A stretch of 64,000 bases of DNA from positions 3,585 through 67,584 of the forward strand of contig JAYZFQ010000014.1 of the NCBI GenBank assembly GCA_036336695.1, written 5' to 3'. Numbering within the stretch: position 1 is the first letter of the stretch; every line of letters starts with the position of its first letter. Source of the stretch: Myxococcota bacterium (lineage in GTDB: Bacteria > Myxococcota_A > UBA9160 > SMWR01). Both the position numbers and the translations under genes were made by a program. Positions 53,761-63,874 of this stretch are shown here, piece by piece. The notes under the pieces were generated by a model, which was not told where the DNA came from, did not search any database, and was given only the letters and a program-made list of their open reading frames with translations.

Positions 53761-55226
53761 GGACCGGGGGTCTCGGCGGTCGTTCCCGAGACGACCCTTG
53801 CAGCGCCTTCTCGACGGGGGTCCGCAGCCGCCTCGACGCCGGGCACCACGGCGTGCACGCCGCCGAAGTACAGGTTGCGCTCGTTCCACGGGTTCACGCG
53901 CCAGCGCTCGCCGAGCGCTGCGACCACCTCCGGCGCAATCCCGGGCTCCAGCTGCAGCTGCTCCCCGTCCCAGTGCTGGCGCGGGGCCTCCACGGCTGCA
54001 CCCAGGGAGAGGCCGGCATCGAGCACGCCGGTCATCACCTGGAGGATTGCGCCCCGGATCCGCTTGCTTCCCCCGCTCCCGATCACGAGCCGGACCGAAT
54101 CCCCCTCGAGGACCAGCGTCGGCGCCATCATCGACCCGACCCGTGTCCCCGGAGGCTGCACGTGGAAGCCGCCCGGGTGGAGATCGTCTTCGCCGAGCAT
54201 GTTGTTCAGCATGATGCCGGTACCCGGAACCACGTAGCCGGAGCCTTCGCCGTTGGAAAGGGACAGGCTCGCGACGTTTCCGGCGCCGTCCGCGACACTC
54301 ACATGGGTGGTGCCGCCGGTCGCCGGCGGCACCCGCTCTCGCTCGACCTGCGCCATCACCTCCGCGAGCCCGAGGCGACGCTCCACCGAATCCCAGCCTG
54401 AATCGGGCCGCCCTGCCCAGGCCTCGAAGGCCCGCGCGAGCAGGGCGCCCCCCACGGCCGGCGGCGGGTTCGTCAACACCCGGCAGCCGCGGTACGGGAA
54501 CGAGAACGGTGCCCTTCGCACAACCCGGTACGCCGCGAGGTCTTCCGGTCCGAGCAGGCCCTGGCCACTGCGCATGTCGTCGGCCATCAACGCGGCGAGG
54601 GCGCCCGTGTAGAAATCCTCCGCAGCGCCCGGCAGGCTTTCGAGAAAGGACGCCAGGTCGGCGTTCACCACCCGCTCGCCCTCGTTGCGCGTCTCGCCGC
54701 CCGGCGCGTAGATCGCGCGGCCCGCCGCCGACTGGGTGACGATTGGCGTCAGCAATTCCTGGACGTAGGCCTGGTGGGCGTTCAGGACCACCCCCGCGCG
54801 CGCCAACACCACCGCCGGCGCGACGACGACCGACAGCGGCAAGCGCCCCAGCTCCCCGTGGCTCTCGAGAAGCCCGCGCAACGCTCCCGGAACCGCAACC
54901 GAACCGCGACCGACGTTGAAGACCTGCTCGGAGGCGGGGAAACGGACTGCAATCGGCTCGAAGTGGGGCTCGAGTTCCGCCGCGGCGAGTCCGCGACCCG
55001 GTGCATCGACGAAGAAGTCGAAGAGGACCGCCTCGCCCTGCGCCTCCCGCGCCAGGAGGAACCCGCCGCCGCCCAGGCTGGCGAACATCGGCTCGGCAAC
55101 ACACGCGGCGAAGCCGGCGGCGATCACCGCGTCGAAGGCGTTCCCCCCGTCTCGGAGGGCGAGCGCCGCCGCCTCGGAGACTTCGCGGTGACCCGATGCG
55201 ACGGCACCGAGGGCCCGCGAAGCCAC
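53757..55226 (-). CDS. ggt: Gamma-glutamyltranspeptidase family protein (no obvious signal peptide)
   Basis: GGNAFDA, SLGGGGF, the autoprocessing site GGTTHVSV and GIMLNN. GTG start. Confidence 0.85.
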   Translation of the reverse strand: MASRALGAVASGHREVSEAAALALRDGGNAFDAVIAAGFAACVAEPMFASLGGGGFLLAREAQGEAVLFDFFVDAPGRGLAAAELEPHFEPIAVRFPASEQVFNVGRGSVAVPGALRGLLESHGELGRLPLSVVVAPAVVLARAGVVLNAHQAYVQELLTPIVTQSAAGRAIYAPGGETRNEGERVVNADLASFLESLPGAAEDFYTGALAALMADDMRSGQGLLGPEDLAAYRVVRRAPFSFPYRGCRVLTNPPPAVGGALLARAFEAWAGRPDSGWDSVERRLGLAEVMAQVERERVPPATGGTTHVSVADGAGNVASLSLSNGEGSGYVVPGTGIMLNNMLGEDDLHPGGFHVQPPGTRVGSMMAPTLVLEGDSVRLVIGSGGSKRIRGAILQVMTGVLDAGLSLGAAVEAPRQHWDGEQLQLEPGIAPEVVAALGERWRVNPWNERNLYFGGVHAVVPGVEAAADPRREGAARVVSGTTAETPGP

Positions 55227-56305
55227 TAGTCGCCGCCAGCCGGCGTCGGCGTGTCGTATTCGTCCTCGATCTCGCCGACGATCTCCTCCAGGACATCCTC
55301 CAGCGTGCAGACGCCGAGCATGGGTCCTGCGTGATCCCGGACGATCGCCAGGTGCTTTCGCCCGCTTCGGAAGCGGCGCAGGGCGTCGACGACGGGGAGG
55401 TCCGGACGCAGCTCGACGACGGGCCGCAGGGCGTCCTCCAGCACCACGATGCCGTCCTCGGCGTGGACGTGGAGCAGGTCCTTCGCATGCAAGATCCCGA
55501 TGATGTCGTCCGGATCGTCCCCGTAAACCGGCAGACGCGTGAAGCCCTCGGCGCGCAACACGTCGAGGAGTTCCGCCCGCGTCACCTCCCGGTGCACCGA
55601 CAACACCTTCTCTCGCGGCACCATCACGTCCCGGACCCGGGTCTGGGAGAGCCGAAAGACGTTGCCGAGAATCCGCCCGGCGTAGGGGCGAATCCTTCCC
55701 GCCTGGCGGGCCTCGTCCACCAGCAGGGAAAGCTCCTCGGGGGAGTGGACGGGTTCGCTCCGATGGGCCGCGTCGACCCCGAGCGTCCGCACCAGCGCGT
55801 TGCCCGCGCCGTTCATCAACGAGATGATCGGCCGGAACACGCGCCCGAACATCAGCAACGGTCGCGCGCAGACCAGGGCGACCCGCCCGGGTCGATCCAG
55901 CGCCACCGCCTTCGGGGCGAGTTCACCGACCACGACGTGCAGGAACGTGACGATCGAAAAGGCGACGATCAGGGAGACGGTGTGCAGGGCGACGGCCGAT
56001 TCGATACCCGCCGCGGCGAAGAGCGGCTGCATCAGCCTCGCGATGGCCGGCTCTCCGACGAAGCCGAGACCGATGCTGGCGAGCGTGATTCCCAGCTGTG
56101 TCGCGGCAATGGCATCGTCCAGGTCTCGGATCGCCAGGGCCGCCGCAGCCGCGCCCCGACGCCCCTCTTCGACCCAGAGCTTGATCTGGGTGCGGCGCAC
56201 CGCAACCAACGAGAACTCGGTGGCAACGAAAAAAGCGTTCGTCAGGATGAGGATCGCGACGGCCAGCAGGCCGATGAGGGGAACGCCTATTCCTGGACTC
56301 TCCAA
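55226..56305 (-). CDS. CNNM/DUF21 plus CBS-pair membrane protein (TlyC/CorC-like)
   Basis: DUF21 TM region (FFVATEFSLV, VVGELAPK) followed by two CBS motifs. No CorC_HlyC C-terminal domain is evident. TTG start. Confidence 0.8.
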   Translation of the reverse strand: MESPGIGVPLIGLLAVAILILTNAFFVATEFSLVAVRRTQIKLWVEEGRRGAAAAALAIRDLDDAIAATQLGITLASIGLGFVGEPAIARLMQPLFAAAGIESAVALHTVSLIVAFSIVTFLHVVVGELAPKAVALDRPGRVALVCARPLLMFGRVFRPIISLMNGAGNALVRTLGVDAAHRSEPVHSPEELSLLVDEARQAGRIRPYAGRILGNVFRLSQTRVRDVMVPREKVLSVHREVTRAELLDVLRAEGFTRLPVYGDDPDDIIGILHAKDLLHVHAEDGIVVLEDALRPVVELRPDLPVVDALRRFRSGRKHLAIVRDHAGPMLGVCTLEDVLEEIVGEIEDEYDTPTPAGGD

Positions 56306-56348
56306 CTTTTCCTCCGCGCCGAAGCTCCCCTGGAGTATGGGGGATGGC

Positions 56349-57233
56349 TTACCCCGGTGCGAGGCCCTCCCGGCCCGCCACGTCGTCGACGAACTGCCGG
56401 GCCGTGCGGCCGGAGCGGCTCGAGCGCTCCAGCGCCCAGCGGAGCGCGGCCGCTCTCAGGTCCTCGCGCGCCGCGCGCACCCCGAGCTTGGCCGCGTACT
56501 TTTCGACGATTGCCAGGAAGGTTGCCTGGTCGAAGCCGTAGAAGCCGATCGCCAGGCCGAAGCGATCCGAAAGCGCCAGCTTCTCCTCCACGGCCTCTCC
56601 CATGTGAAGCTCGCCTGCGTGGTCGAGACGGGCAGCGCGGTTTTCCGCCATGGCTTCGGGCAAGAGGTGCCGGCGATTGCTCGTGACGTAGATGCGCACG
56701 TTCTCCGGCGGAGCGACCAGGCTCCCCTCCAGTGCCGCTTTCAACTCGCGCAGGTTCGCTTCGTGAGAGTCGAAGGAAAGGTCGTCGCAGAAGAGAACGA
56801 ACCGGTAGGGAGCCCCGCGCAGGGCCTCCAGGACTCGAGGCAGGTGCAACAGGTCCGCCTTGTGCACCTCGACCATCCGGAGGCCCTGGTCGCCGAAACG
56901 CGGCAGCAGGCCTCGGATCGCCGAAGACTTCCCCGTCCCGCGTTCTCCGTAGAGAAGAACGTGGTTGGAAGGCAACCCGCGCACGAACTGTTGCGTGTTG
57001 GACACGAGCGCGCCGACGGCCCGGTCGACTCCCACGAGGTCATCCAGGTCGAAGAGCGCGGGCGCCTCGACGGCGGCGAGCCGGCCGGGCCCCTGTGTCG
57101 CATCCCAGCGGAAGGCGCGGGTTTCCGCGAAAGCGGTGGGCGGCGGCGGTTCTGCTGCGAGACCCTCCAGCACGCGTTCGGCAAGCCGGAGCACACGGGC
57201 GAGGCGACGGCGCAGCGAGTTCCCGGCCTCCAT
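56349..57233 (-). CDS. DUF815-type AAA+ ATPase
   Basis: ATG 57233. LLYGERGTGKSS (Walker A) and FVLFCDDLSF (Walker B). Confidence 0.75.
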   Translation of the reverse strand: MEAGNSLRRRLARVLRLAERVLEGLAAEPPPPTAFAETRAFRWDATQGPGRLAAVEAPALFDLDDLVGVDRAVGALVSNTQQFVRGLPSNHVLLYGERGTGKSSAIRGLLPRFGDQGLRMVEVHKADLLHLPRVLEALRGAPYRFVLFCDDLSFDSHEANLRELKAALEGSLVAPPENVRIYVTSNRRHLLPEAMAENRAARLDHAGELHMGEAVEEKLALSDRFGLAIGFYGFDQATFLAIVEKYAAKLGVRAAREDLRAAALRWALERSSRSGRTARQFVDDVAGREGLAPG

Positions 57234-57256
57234 CACAACCCCGGTAGACTGACACC

Positions 57257-57454
57257 ATGCCCCGGGATCGCCAATCCGTCGGCCTGTGCGTCCAGTGCAC
57301 CCACGCGACCCGCAAACCGGGCAAGGCCGGCGCCGCCTTCTGGCGCTGCGGCCGGGCAGACACCTCGGACCGGTTCCCGCGCTATCCCCCCCTACCCGTG
57401 ACCGCCTGTCCGGGGTATGAAGAGGGCGTTCCCACCACGAAAGGCCGGCGATGA
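57257..57454 (+). CDS. Small 4-Cys (zinc-ribbon-like) protein
   Basis: 65 aa with CVQC...WRC...ACPGY and G/C-rich third positions. Its TGA overlaps the ATG of the next gene (ATGA). Confidence 0.5.
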   Translation: MPRDRQSVGLCVQCTHATRKPGKAGAAFWRCGRADTSDRFPRYPPLPVTACPGYEEGVPTTKGRR

Positions 57455-57993
57455 AGCGTTGGTTCATTCTCTCCGCTATCGGCAGCGACCGCCCGGGGCT
57501 CGTTGCAGAACTCGCCCAGCTGATCTTCGACTGCGGCGCGAACCTGGAAGACTCGCGCATGACAATCCTGGGGACGGACTTCGCCGTCATCCTCTTGTGC
57601 TCCTCCTCCGATGCCGCGGTGGGCGACAAGATCGACACGGGGATCCAGCGGCTGGAGCGCGAGCACGGCCTCACCATCCTCCAGCGGTCCCTGGATGCAG
57701 AGAGGCGACCTCCTGTGCCCGCGCCCGGCACGCGTCTCTACCGGGTCGAGGCCGTGGGAGAAGACCGCGCCGGCATCGTGGCCGGGCTGTGTCGGGTGCT
57801 GGCAGATCGCGGCGTGAACATCGCAGAACTCACCACGCGCAGCCGATCGGGTCCCGGCGGTGCCCAGAGCTACGAACTCCGGGTCCTCGCGGAGGTCCCG
57901 GACAGCGTCGACGTGCCCACACTGCGCGCGGCCCTCGAAGCGGACGCAGATCGCCTCGCGGTCGACGTGGCGCTGCTACCGAGTTCGGCCTGA
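57451..57993 (+). CDS. Tandem ACT-domain protein (GcvR-like)
   Basis: Two ACT units: ILSAIGSDRPGLVAELAQLIFDCGANLEDSRM and VEAVGEDRAGIVAGLCRVLADRGVNIAEL. Confidence 0.8.
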   Translation: MKRWFILSAIGSDRPGLVAELAQLIFDCGANLEDSRMTILGTDFAVILLCSSSDAAVGDKIDTGIQRLEREHGLTILQRSLDAERRPPVPAPGTRLYRVEAVGEDRAGIVAGLCRVLADRGVNIAELTTRSRSGPGGAQSYELRVLAEVPDSVDVPTLRAALEADADRLAVDVALLPSSA

Positions 57994-58027
57994 TCCCGGG
58001 CGCACACGCGTTCCCGGTGCGCGGGTC

Positions 58028-58651
58028 CTAGGGGGCGAACTCGCGGAGCGCGCCCCAGCGGTCCGGGAGCGGGCGGCCGACGGCGTCGAAGAACACCTCG
58101 AGGAAGCGGTACGTGAGTCCCCAGACAACGTGGGGTGCCGGTTCTCCGACCCGGATGCCCGGAAACGCCAGTTCGCCTGCGGCCGGCGGCGAGAAGGACA
58201 CGTGGCGCGAAGGCTCTTGCAGCGCCTCCAAGGGAAACCAGAACGCCTCCTGGACCTCGTGGTTAGGGCGCAATTCCGGCACCCTCGCCACGTGATAGAC
58301 GAAGGCCGAGATCACCAGCGCCGGAACCCCTGCGGCCCGCCGGCCGTGGAGATCGTCCAGCTGTCCGAGAACCTCCGCAGCCTCGAGGTCGAGGCCCACC
58401 TCCTCCCGCGTCTCCCGCTCTGCGGCAAGCCGCGGAGAACTCTCGTCGGATTCGAGCCTCCCGCCCGGAAACGCCATGTGCCCCGACCATGGGTCGCGCG
58501 GGTGATGCGCCCGCTCGATGAACAGGACCTCGAGGCCCCCCGTCCCCGTTCGCAGGACCATCGCAACCGCAGCGCGCCCGGAACTTCCCGGCGCCACCGT
58601 CTGTGCGACCCGCGTTGCGAGCGCCTGCCGGATCTCCTCGGGTGACGACAC
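58028..58651 (-). CDS. NUDIX hydrolase (CoA pyrophosphatase-like)
   Basis: Nudix box GGRLESDESSPRLAAERETREEVGL. GTG 58651 was chosen as the start. ATG 58708 is possible but would leave only 7 bp to the divergent gene. Confidence 0.75.
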   Translation of the reverse strand: MSSPEEIRQALATRVAQTVAPGSSGRAAVAMVLRTGTGGLEVLFIERAHHPRDPWSGHMAFPGGRLESDESSPRLAAERETREEVGLDLEAAEVLGQLDDLHGRRAAGVPALVISAFVYHVARVPELRPNHEVQEAFWFPLEALQEPSRHVSFSPPAAGELAFPGIRVGEPAPHVVWGLTYRFLEVFFDAVGRPLPDRWGALREFAP

Positions 58652-58715
58652 GGCGCGAGACCATACCACCGCAAACCCGAGAAGCGTCGCGGAGAAACGC
58701 GATACCATCGAAGCG

Positions 58716-59924
58716 ATGGCAGACTTCCCCGAGCCGGGGGTGAGCGCAGCCGAGCTGTTGCGGCTGATCCAACGGGATCGCCCCGCCGCGGAGCAGCGTG
58801 TGGCATCCCTCGCACCGGAGGAACAGGTCGCGCTCATTTGCGCAACGCCGGTCCGCCGCAGGCGAGAGCTTCTCGACCTGGTGCCGGCACCGGAGCGCGT
58901 CATCGCACTGCTTCCCGAAGCCGAACTCTGCTTTACCGTGAAGGCCGTCGGCCTCGAGAGCGCGACCTGGATCCTCGAGTACGCCACCCCCGAACAGGTC
59001 GCCACTGCCATCGACCTCGACGCCTGGACGGAGCACGCACTCGTGGCGCCCAAGCTGGACGCCTGGCTGGACGCGCTGGCCGAAGGCGACGACGAGTCTC
59101 TCTTGAGATCGCTCGGAAAGGTCGACAGCGAGCTGCTGGTTCTCTGGCTTCGTGGCCGCATCGCCGTCTTCCAGAAGCCGAACGACGACGAGGGGTGGTC
59201 TCCGCCCGACGGCAGCCGCACCCTGGAGGGCCAGTTCCACTTCGTGCCGCTGGGCGAGGACGACGACGCCGCGACGATCCTGCGCTTTCTCCAGGTGCTC
59301 TTCCACACGGACTACTGGACCTACTTCCGCCTCATGCAGGGCGTCATCCACGAACTCCCGACGGAAGCGGAAGAGTGGGCCCTGCGCTGGCGCAACGCGC
59401 GACTCCAGGATCTGGGCTTCCCGACGTGGGAGCACGCGATGCGGCTCTACCGGCACCTCCGCCCCGAAGAACGGGCCGCGCTGCCCCAGGAGGGCGACCC
59501 GCTCGATATCGCCGCCTGGACTCTGCCGGTCTGGATTCCCGGGCTTCCCGATACCAGCGCGGAAGACCGCGCGGTGTTCCGCGCGATGGCGCGTCTCGGA
59601 GAAGACGAACGCCGCAGCGCCTTCTTCTCTTTCGTAGCGGTCGCCAATGAAGTCGCCGTGGCGGACCACATGGAACTGTCGGATTCCGAGACCACGCCGC
59701 GCGCCATCGAAAAGGCGGCACGATGGATCGATCGCGGACTCGTCTACGTCGCCGAAGAAAACCGCCTTTCACACGAGGAGGTGTTGCGCCGCGTTTCGTT
59801 GCAGCACCTCTTTCGTGTCGGCGCGAACCTGGACCCCGCGGCGGCGCGCCCGCCCCGAACTTCTCCGGACGACGGAACCCAGAACGACGAAGGGCCCGCC
59901 GGGGAAGCCGGCGGGCCCTCGTAG
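58716..59924 (+). CDS. Conserved-looking acidic hypothetical protein
   Basis: ATG 58716 (MADFPEPGV); 402 aa with coding-like third positions. I recognise no catalytic motif. Confidence 0.6.
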   Translation: MADFPEPGVSAAELLRLIQRDRPAAEQRVASLAPEEQVALICATPVRRRRELLDLVPAPERVIALLPEAELCFTVKAVGLESATWILEYATPEQVATAIDLDAWTEHALVAPKLDAWLDALAEGDDESLLRSLGKVDSELLVLWLRGRIAVFQKPNDDEGWSPPDGSRTLEGQFHFVPLGEDDDAATILRFLQVLFHTDYWTYFRLMQGVIHELPTEAEEWALRWRNARLQDLGFPTWEHAMRLYRHLRPEERAALPQEGDPLDIAAWTLPVWIPGLPDTSAEDRAVFRAMARLGEDERRSAFFSFVAVANEVAVADHMELSDSETTPRAIEKAARWIDRGLVYVAEENRLSHEEVLRRVSLQHLFRVGANLDPAAARPPRTSPDDGTQNDEGPAGEAGGPS

Positions 59925-59940
59925 TTGCAACCGGACCTCT

Positions 59941-60144
59941 CTAGAGGTCGACAGCCTTGAGCGTCTTGCGCTTGTTGCCGACGGCTCGCGCCTCGGCTTC
60001 CTTGATCAGCTCACGCACCGCCTTGTCGAGGGCGCCGTAGAACTCTCCACCGACGTTGCACTTCTTGACCGCCGCCTTCGTGCGGGCCTTCGAAATGATC
60101 AGGTCACCGCCGCCCTTTGCGGCCTTCTTGCGTCGCGCTGCCAT
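59941..60144 (-). CDS. Bacterial histone-fold protein (DUF1931 / singlet histone-like)
   Basis: ATG 60144 is preceded by GGGAGGAAAC. The 67-aa product is MAARRKKAAKGGGDLIISKARTKAAVKKCNVGGEFYGALDKAVRELIKEAEARAVGNKRKTLKAVDL. The segment AEARAVGNKRKTLKAVDL mirrors the archaeal histone alpha2-L2-alpha3 string LARHAGRKTIKAEDI. Confidence 0.7.
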   Translation of the reverse strand: MAARRKKAAKGGGDLIISKARTKAAVKKCNVGGEFYGALDKAVRELIKEAEARAVGNKRKTLKAVDL

Positions 60145-60253
60145 GTTTCCTCCCATCTACACCGCGTCATCGAACTCGCTCGTCACCGGAACGCACCGGC
60201 TAGAACCCAACTCGCTCGAATCGGACGCCACCGTCCGTCATCGCGAGGGCCGG

Positions 60254-60282
60254 ATCATAGGCACTTTGAAGAGAGGATCCAA
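60254..60282 (-). promoter_or_regulatory. Candidate sigma70-type promoter for the histone-fold gene
   Basis: The minus strand reads TTGGAT-17 nt-TATGAT in the most AT-rich stretch of the window, about 100 nt upstream of ATG 60144. Confidence 0.3.
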
Positions 60283-60332
60283 CGAAAAACTGCGCGAATC
60301 CGGCCCGAGGGGCCGTTTCCGAGGGGCCGGGG

Positions 60333-61118
60333 TCAGAGGCCCCCGGCCGAACGAAGCAGGCTGGGCAGCACCTCCTCGACGGGTCCGTCGAAGCGGAAGT
60401 CGGCCGCGCCGTCGAAAGGCGTCTCCGAGGCGGTGAGAATCGCAGTCCGGGCTCCGTGGGCCCTGGCGACGTCGAACATCCCGTTGATCGGCCCGACCAC
60501 GAGGGAAGTGCCCGCAGCGACGAAAAGATCGCAAGCGGCGGCGGCAACCATCGCCCGCTCGAGATCCTCGGCGACCAGTCCCTGGCCGAAGGAGATGGTC
60601 GCCGGCTTCCAAGGACCGCCGCAGGCGCACCGGGGCACCGCGACACCCGACTCCCAGAGTTCCTGAGCGACACCACGTGGTTCGCGCGCTCCGCAGTCCA
60701 GGCAGACCACCGCGGCATCGGTACCGTGGATGTTGACGAGCCGGTCGACGGGAAAGCCGCTGCGCTCGTGGAGGCCGTCCACGTTCTGACTGACGAGCAG
60801 ATCGAGTCGACCTGTCGCCGCAAACCCGACGAGTGCGTGGTGTGCCGGATTCGGCTCGGCACTTCGGATCAAGGGCCAGGTTTCGCCCTTGTAGCGCCAG
60901 TACTCCTCGCGGGCGGTTTCCCGCGCCAGGAAGTCCTGGATCGGAACGGGCTGGTAGGTTTCCCAGCGGCCGCCGGGAGAGCGGAAGTCGGGAATGCCCG
61001 AGGCCGTCGAGAGCCCGGCCCCGGTCAACGCCACCACCGAGCGGGCCTGCGACCAGGATCGGGCGAGCTGCTCCAGGTCCGACACGGCGCCAGGGTACAA
61101 TGCCCCCGTGGCACCCAT
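60333..61118 (-). CDS. Sir2-family NAD-dependent protein deacylase
   Basis: [24 protein letters not shown] and the zinc ribbon CLDCG...CACGG. The start is ATG 61118 or GTG 61085. Confidence 0.9.
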   Translation of the reverse strand: MGATGALYPGAVSDLEQLARSWSQARSVVALTGAGLSTASGIPDFRSPGGRWETYQPVPIQDFLARETAREEYWRYKGETWPLIRSAEPNPAHHALVGFAATGRLDLLVSQNVDGLHERSGFPVDRLVNIHGTDAAVVCLDCGAREPRGVAQELWESGVAVPRCACGGPWKPATISFGQGLVAEDLERAMVAAAACDLFVAAGTSLVVGPINGMFDVARAHGARTAILTASETPFDGAADFRFDGPVEEVLPSLLRSAGGL

Positions 61119-62145
61119 CGACCTGCGCAGCGACACCGTGACGCGCCCCACTGCGGCGATGCGCCAGGCGATGGCAGAAGCCGACGTCGGCGACGACGTG
61201 TACGGCGAAGACCCGACGGTCAACCGCCTCCAGGAAACCGCCGCCCGCCTCCTGGGCAAGGAGGCGGGCCTGTTCGTCCCTTCGGGAACCATGGGCAACC
61301 AGGCCTCGATCCATCCCTTCGTTCAACCGGGCGACGAGGTCCTCGCCGGGCAGGGCGCCCACCTCCTCCGCTACGAGTCCGGCGCTGCCGCGGCCCTGTC
61401 CAGCGTCCAGGTGGTCTCGATCGGCGCGGACGGAACCTTTGACGGCCAGGACGTGCGCGCCGCAATCCATCCCGACGAGGCCCACTACGCCCCGACACGG
61501 GTCGTCGCCGTCGAGAACACCCACAACGCCGCCGGCGGGCTGGTGTTTCCCTTCGACCAGCTTCGGGACGTCGTCGCGGCCGCCCAGGAACGGGGCTTGC
61601 ACCTCCACATGGACGGGGCGCGACTCTGGAACGCCGTGGTCGCAACCGGGACCCCCGCCGAACACTGGGCCGCCCCGTTCGATACCACCACGTTCTGCCT
61701 CTCCAAGGGCCTGGGCGCCCCGGTCGGCTCGGTGATCTGCGGCACTGCGGCGACCATCCGGCGCGTCCACCGCGCGCGAAAAATGCTAGGCGGCGGCATG
61801 CGCCAGGCCGGCATCCTCGCCGCAGCGGGGCTCCACGCCCTCGAGCACCATGTCGAGCGCCTCGCCGAGGACCACGCGAACGCGCGTCGCCTCGCCGCAG
61901 GGCTGAGCAAGCTGGGCTACCGCGTCGAGCGTGCGCCGGAAACCAACATCGTGCTGTTCGAAGTCGCCGACCCGGAGTCCTTCCTCGCGGCCACCCGGAC
62001 ACGGGATGTCTGGATCAACCCGATGGGGCGCAATCGCTTCCGGGCCGTGACCCATCTGGACGTTTCGGCGGAGGAAATCGACGACGCGTTGGAACGAATC
62101 GGCGAGGGCGTACCGGAGAGCCGGCGCGCCGCTACTCGTCGGTAA
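61108..62145 (+). CDS. ltaE: Low-specificity L-threonine aldolase
   Basis: [31 protein letters not shown] and [12 protein letters not shown] (PLP lysine). GTG 61108. Confidence 0.9.
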   Translation: MAPIDLRSDTVTRPTAAMRQAMAEADVGDDVYGEDPTVNRLQETAARLLGKEAGLFVPSGTMGNQASIHPFVQPGDEVLAGQGAHLLRYESGAAAALSSVQVVSIGADGTFDGQDVRAAIHPDEAHYAPTRVVAVENTHNAAGGLVFPFDQLRDVVAAAQERGLHLHMDGARLWNAVVATGTPAEHWAAPFDTTTFCLSKGLGAPVGSVICGTAATIRRVHRARKMLGGGMRQAGILAAAGLHALEHHVERLAEDHANARRLAAGLSKLGYRVERAPETNIVLFEVADPESFLAATRTRDVWINPMGRNRFRAVTHLDVSAEEIDDALERIGEGVPESRRAATRR

Positions 62146-63814
62146 CGCAGCCCTCGGAAGCCGATTTCACCGTCCGGATGTACCGATAGAGCGTGCCGCG
62201 TGTCGCCTTGAGCGGCGGCGGCCGGTGCGCCGCCCGGCGACGCGCCATCTCGGCCTCGTCCACCTGGAGTTCGAGCAGGCGGTTCTTCGCATCGATCAGG
62301 ATCCGGTCTCCATCCTCCACCAGCGCGATGGCTCCGCCTTCCTGCGCCTCGGGCGTGACGTGCCCCACGATGAATCCGTGCGAACCGCCGGAAAAACGGC
62401 CGTCGGTGATGAGAGCAACGTGTTCGGCGAGGCCCGCACCCGCGATGGCCGACGTCGGCGTCAACATCTCGGGCATGCCGGGTCCTCCCTTGGGACCTTC
62501 GTAGCGAATGACGACGACGTGGCCCCGCTCGATCCGGCCCTGCTCGAGGGCGTGCAGCATTTCCTCTTCGCTGTCGAAGACGGCGGCCGGACCGGTGAAC
62601 TCGAGCCCTTCCTTGCCGGTGATCTTCGCGACAGATCCCTCGGGCGCCAGAGAGCCGCGGAGGATCTGGATGTGTCCCGTGTCCTTGATCGGGTCTTCCC
62701 AGGGGCGAATCACGCGCTGGTCCGACGCGAGCGGCGGGTGTTCGGCAGCGTTCTCCGCGAGCGTACGGCCGGTGACGGTGAGGCAGTCGCCGTCGAGCAC
62801 ACCGCGCTCGAGCAACATGCGTTGCAGGCCGGGGATGCCCCCGGCCTCGAAGAGATCCTCCATCACGTACTGCCCGCTCGGCTTGAGATCCGCGAGGAAC
62901 GGCACCCGGTCGCTCACGGCCTGGAAAGCGTCGAGCGTGAGTTCGAGGCCGACGGACCGGGCCATGGCGATCAGGTGGAGCACGGCGTTCGTCGACCCCC
63001 CCAGGACCGTGACGACCACCATCGCGTTCTCGAAAGCGGCGCGCGTCATGATCTGGCTCGGCCGGATGTCGTTTTCGAGGAGGTGGCGAATCGCGGCGCC
63101 GACGCGCCGACACTCTTCGAGCTTCGCGGGGTGCTCGGCCGGTGTCGAACTGCTCCCAGGCAACGACATGCCGAGGGTCTCGATCGCGGAAGCCATCGTG
63201 TTGGCCGTGTACATGCCACCGCAGGCACCCGCGCCAGGGCAAGCGTTCCGGACGATGTCGCTGCGACCCGCTTCGTCGAGGGTTCCCGCGATGAACTCCC
63301 CGTAGGACTGGAAGGCCGACACGACGTCCAGCTTGTCGCCGCTCCGGCTCGTCCCGGGTCGAATCGTTCCGCCGTAGACCATGAGCGCCGGGCGGTCGAG
63401 CCGACCCATCGCCATCACGGTCCCCGGCATGTTCTTGTCACAACCGGGCAACGCAACCAACGCGTCGTACCATTGCCCGCCCATCACGGTTTCGATCGAG
63501 TCGGCAATGAGGTCCCGAGACTGGAGCGAGAAGCTCATGCCCTCGGTGCCCATCGAGATGCCGTCGGACACGCCGATGGTGTTGAAACGAAAACCGACAA
63601 GCCCGGTGTCGACCACGCCGCGCTTCACCTCGGCCGCCAGGTCGAGCAGGTGCATGTTGCAGGGGTTGCCCTCGAACCAACAAGAGGCGATCCCCACCTG
63701 TGCCTTGTCCATGTCTTCTGCCGTGAGGCCCGTGGCGTGCAACATGGCCTGAGAAGCACCCTGGCTCTTCGGCTGGGTGATCTTGGCACTGGTCCGGTTG
63801 AGTTTGTCCGCCAT
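62132..63814 (-). CDS. ilvD: Dihydroxy-acid dehydratase
   Basis: 560 aa with [22 protein letters not shown] and TDGRFSGG. Confidence 0.95.
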   Translation of the reverse strand: MADKLNRTSAKITQPKSQGASQAMLHATGLTAEDMDKAQVGIASCWFEGNPCNMHLLDLAAEVKRGVVDTGLVGFRFNTIGVSDGISMGTEGMSFSLQSRDLIADSIETVMGGQWYDALVALPGCDKNMPGTVMAMGRLDRPALMVYGGTIRPGTSRSGDKLDVVSAFQSYGEFIAGTLDEAGRSDIVRNACPGAGACGGMYTANTMASAIETLGMSLPGSSSTPAEHPAKLEECRRVGAAIRHLLENDIRPSQIMTRAAFENAMVVVTVLGGSTNAVLHLIAMARSVGLELTLDAFQAVSDRVPFLADLKPSGQYVMEDLFEAGGIPGLQRMLLERGVLDGDCLTVTGRTLAENAAEHPPLASDQRVIRPWEDPIKDTGHIQILRGSLAPEGSVAKITGKEGLEFTGPAAVFDSEEEMLHALEQGRIERGHVVVIRYEGPKGGPGMPEMLTPTSAIAGAGLAEHVALITDGRFSGGSHGFIVGHVTPEAQEGGAIALVEDGDRILIDAKNRLLELQVDEAEMARRRAAHRPPPLKATRGTLYRYIRTVKSASEGCVTDE

Positions 63815-63874
63815 GGCACCCGACGATAGCCCAGAGGCGTGTACGGATCCGAACGAGTCGGGCGTCGCGCCGGG

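Noticed and set aside
60296-60345. GC-rich repeats around the Sir2 stop (GGCCCCTCGG twice; GGCCGGGG/CCCCGGCC inverted repeat)
   Set aside because: The short inverted repeat could form a hairpin that includes the stop codon, but there is no U-tract and the direct repeat is only 10 nt. I do not regard it as a repeat element or terminator.
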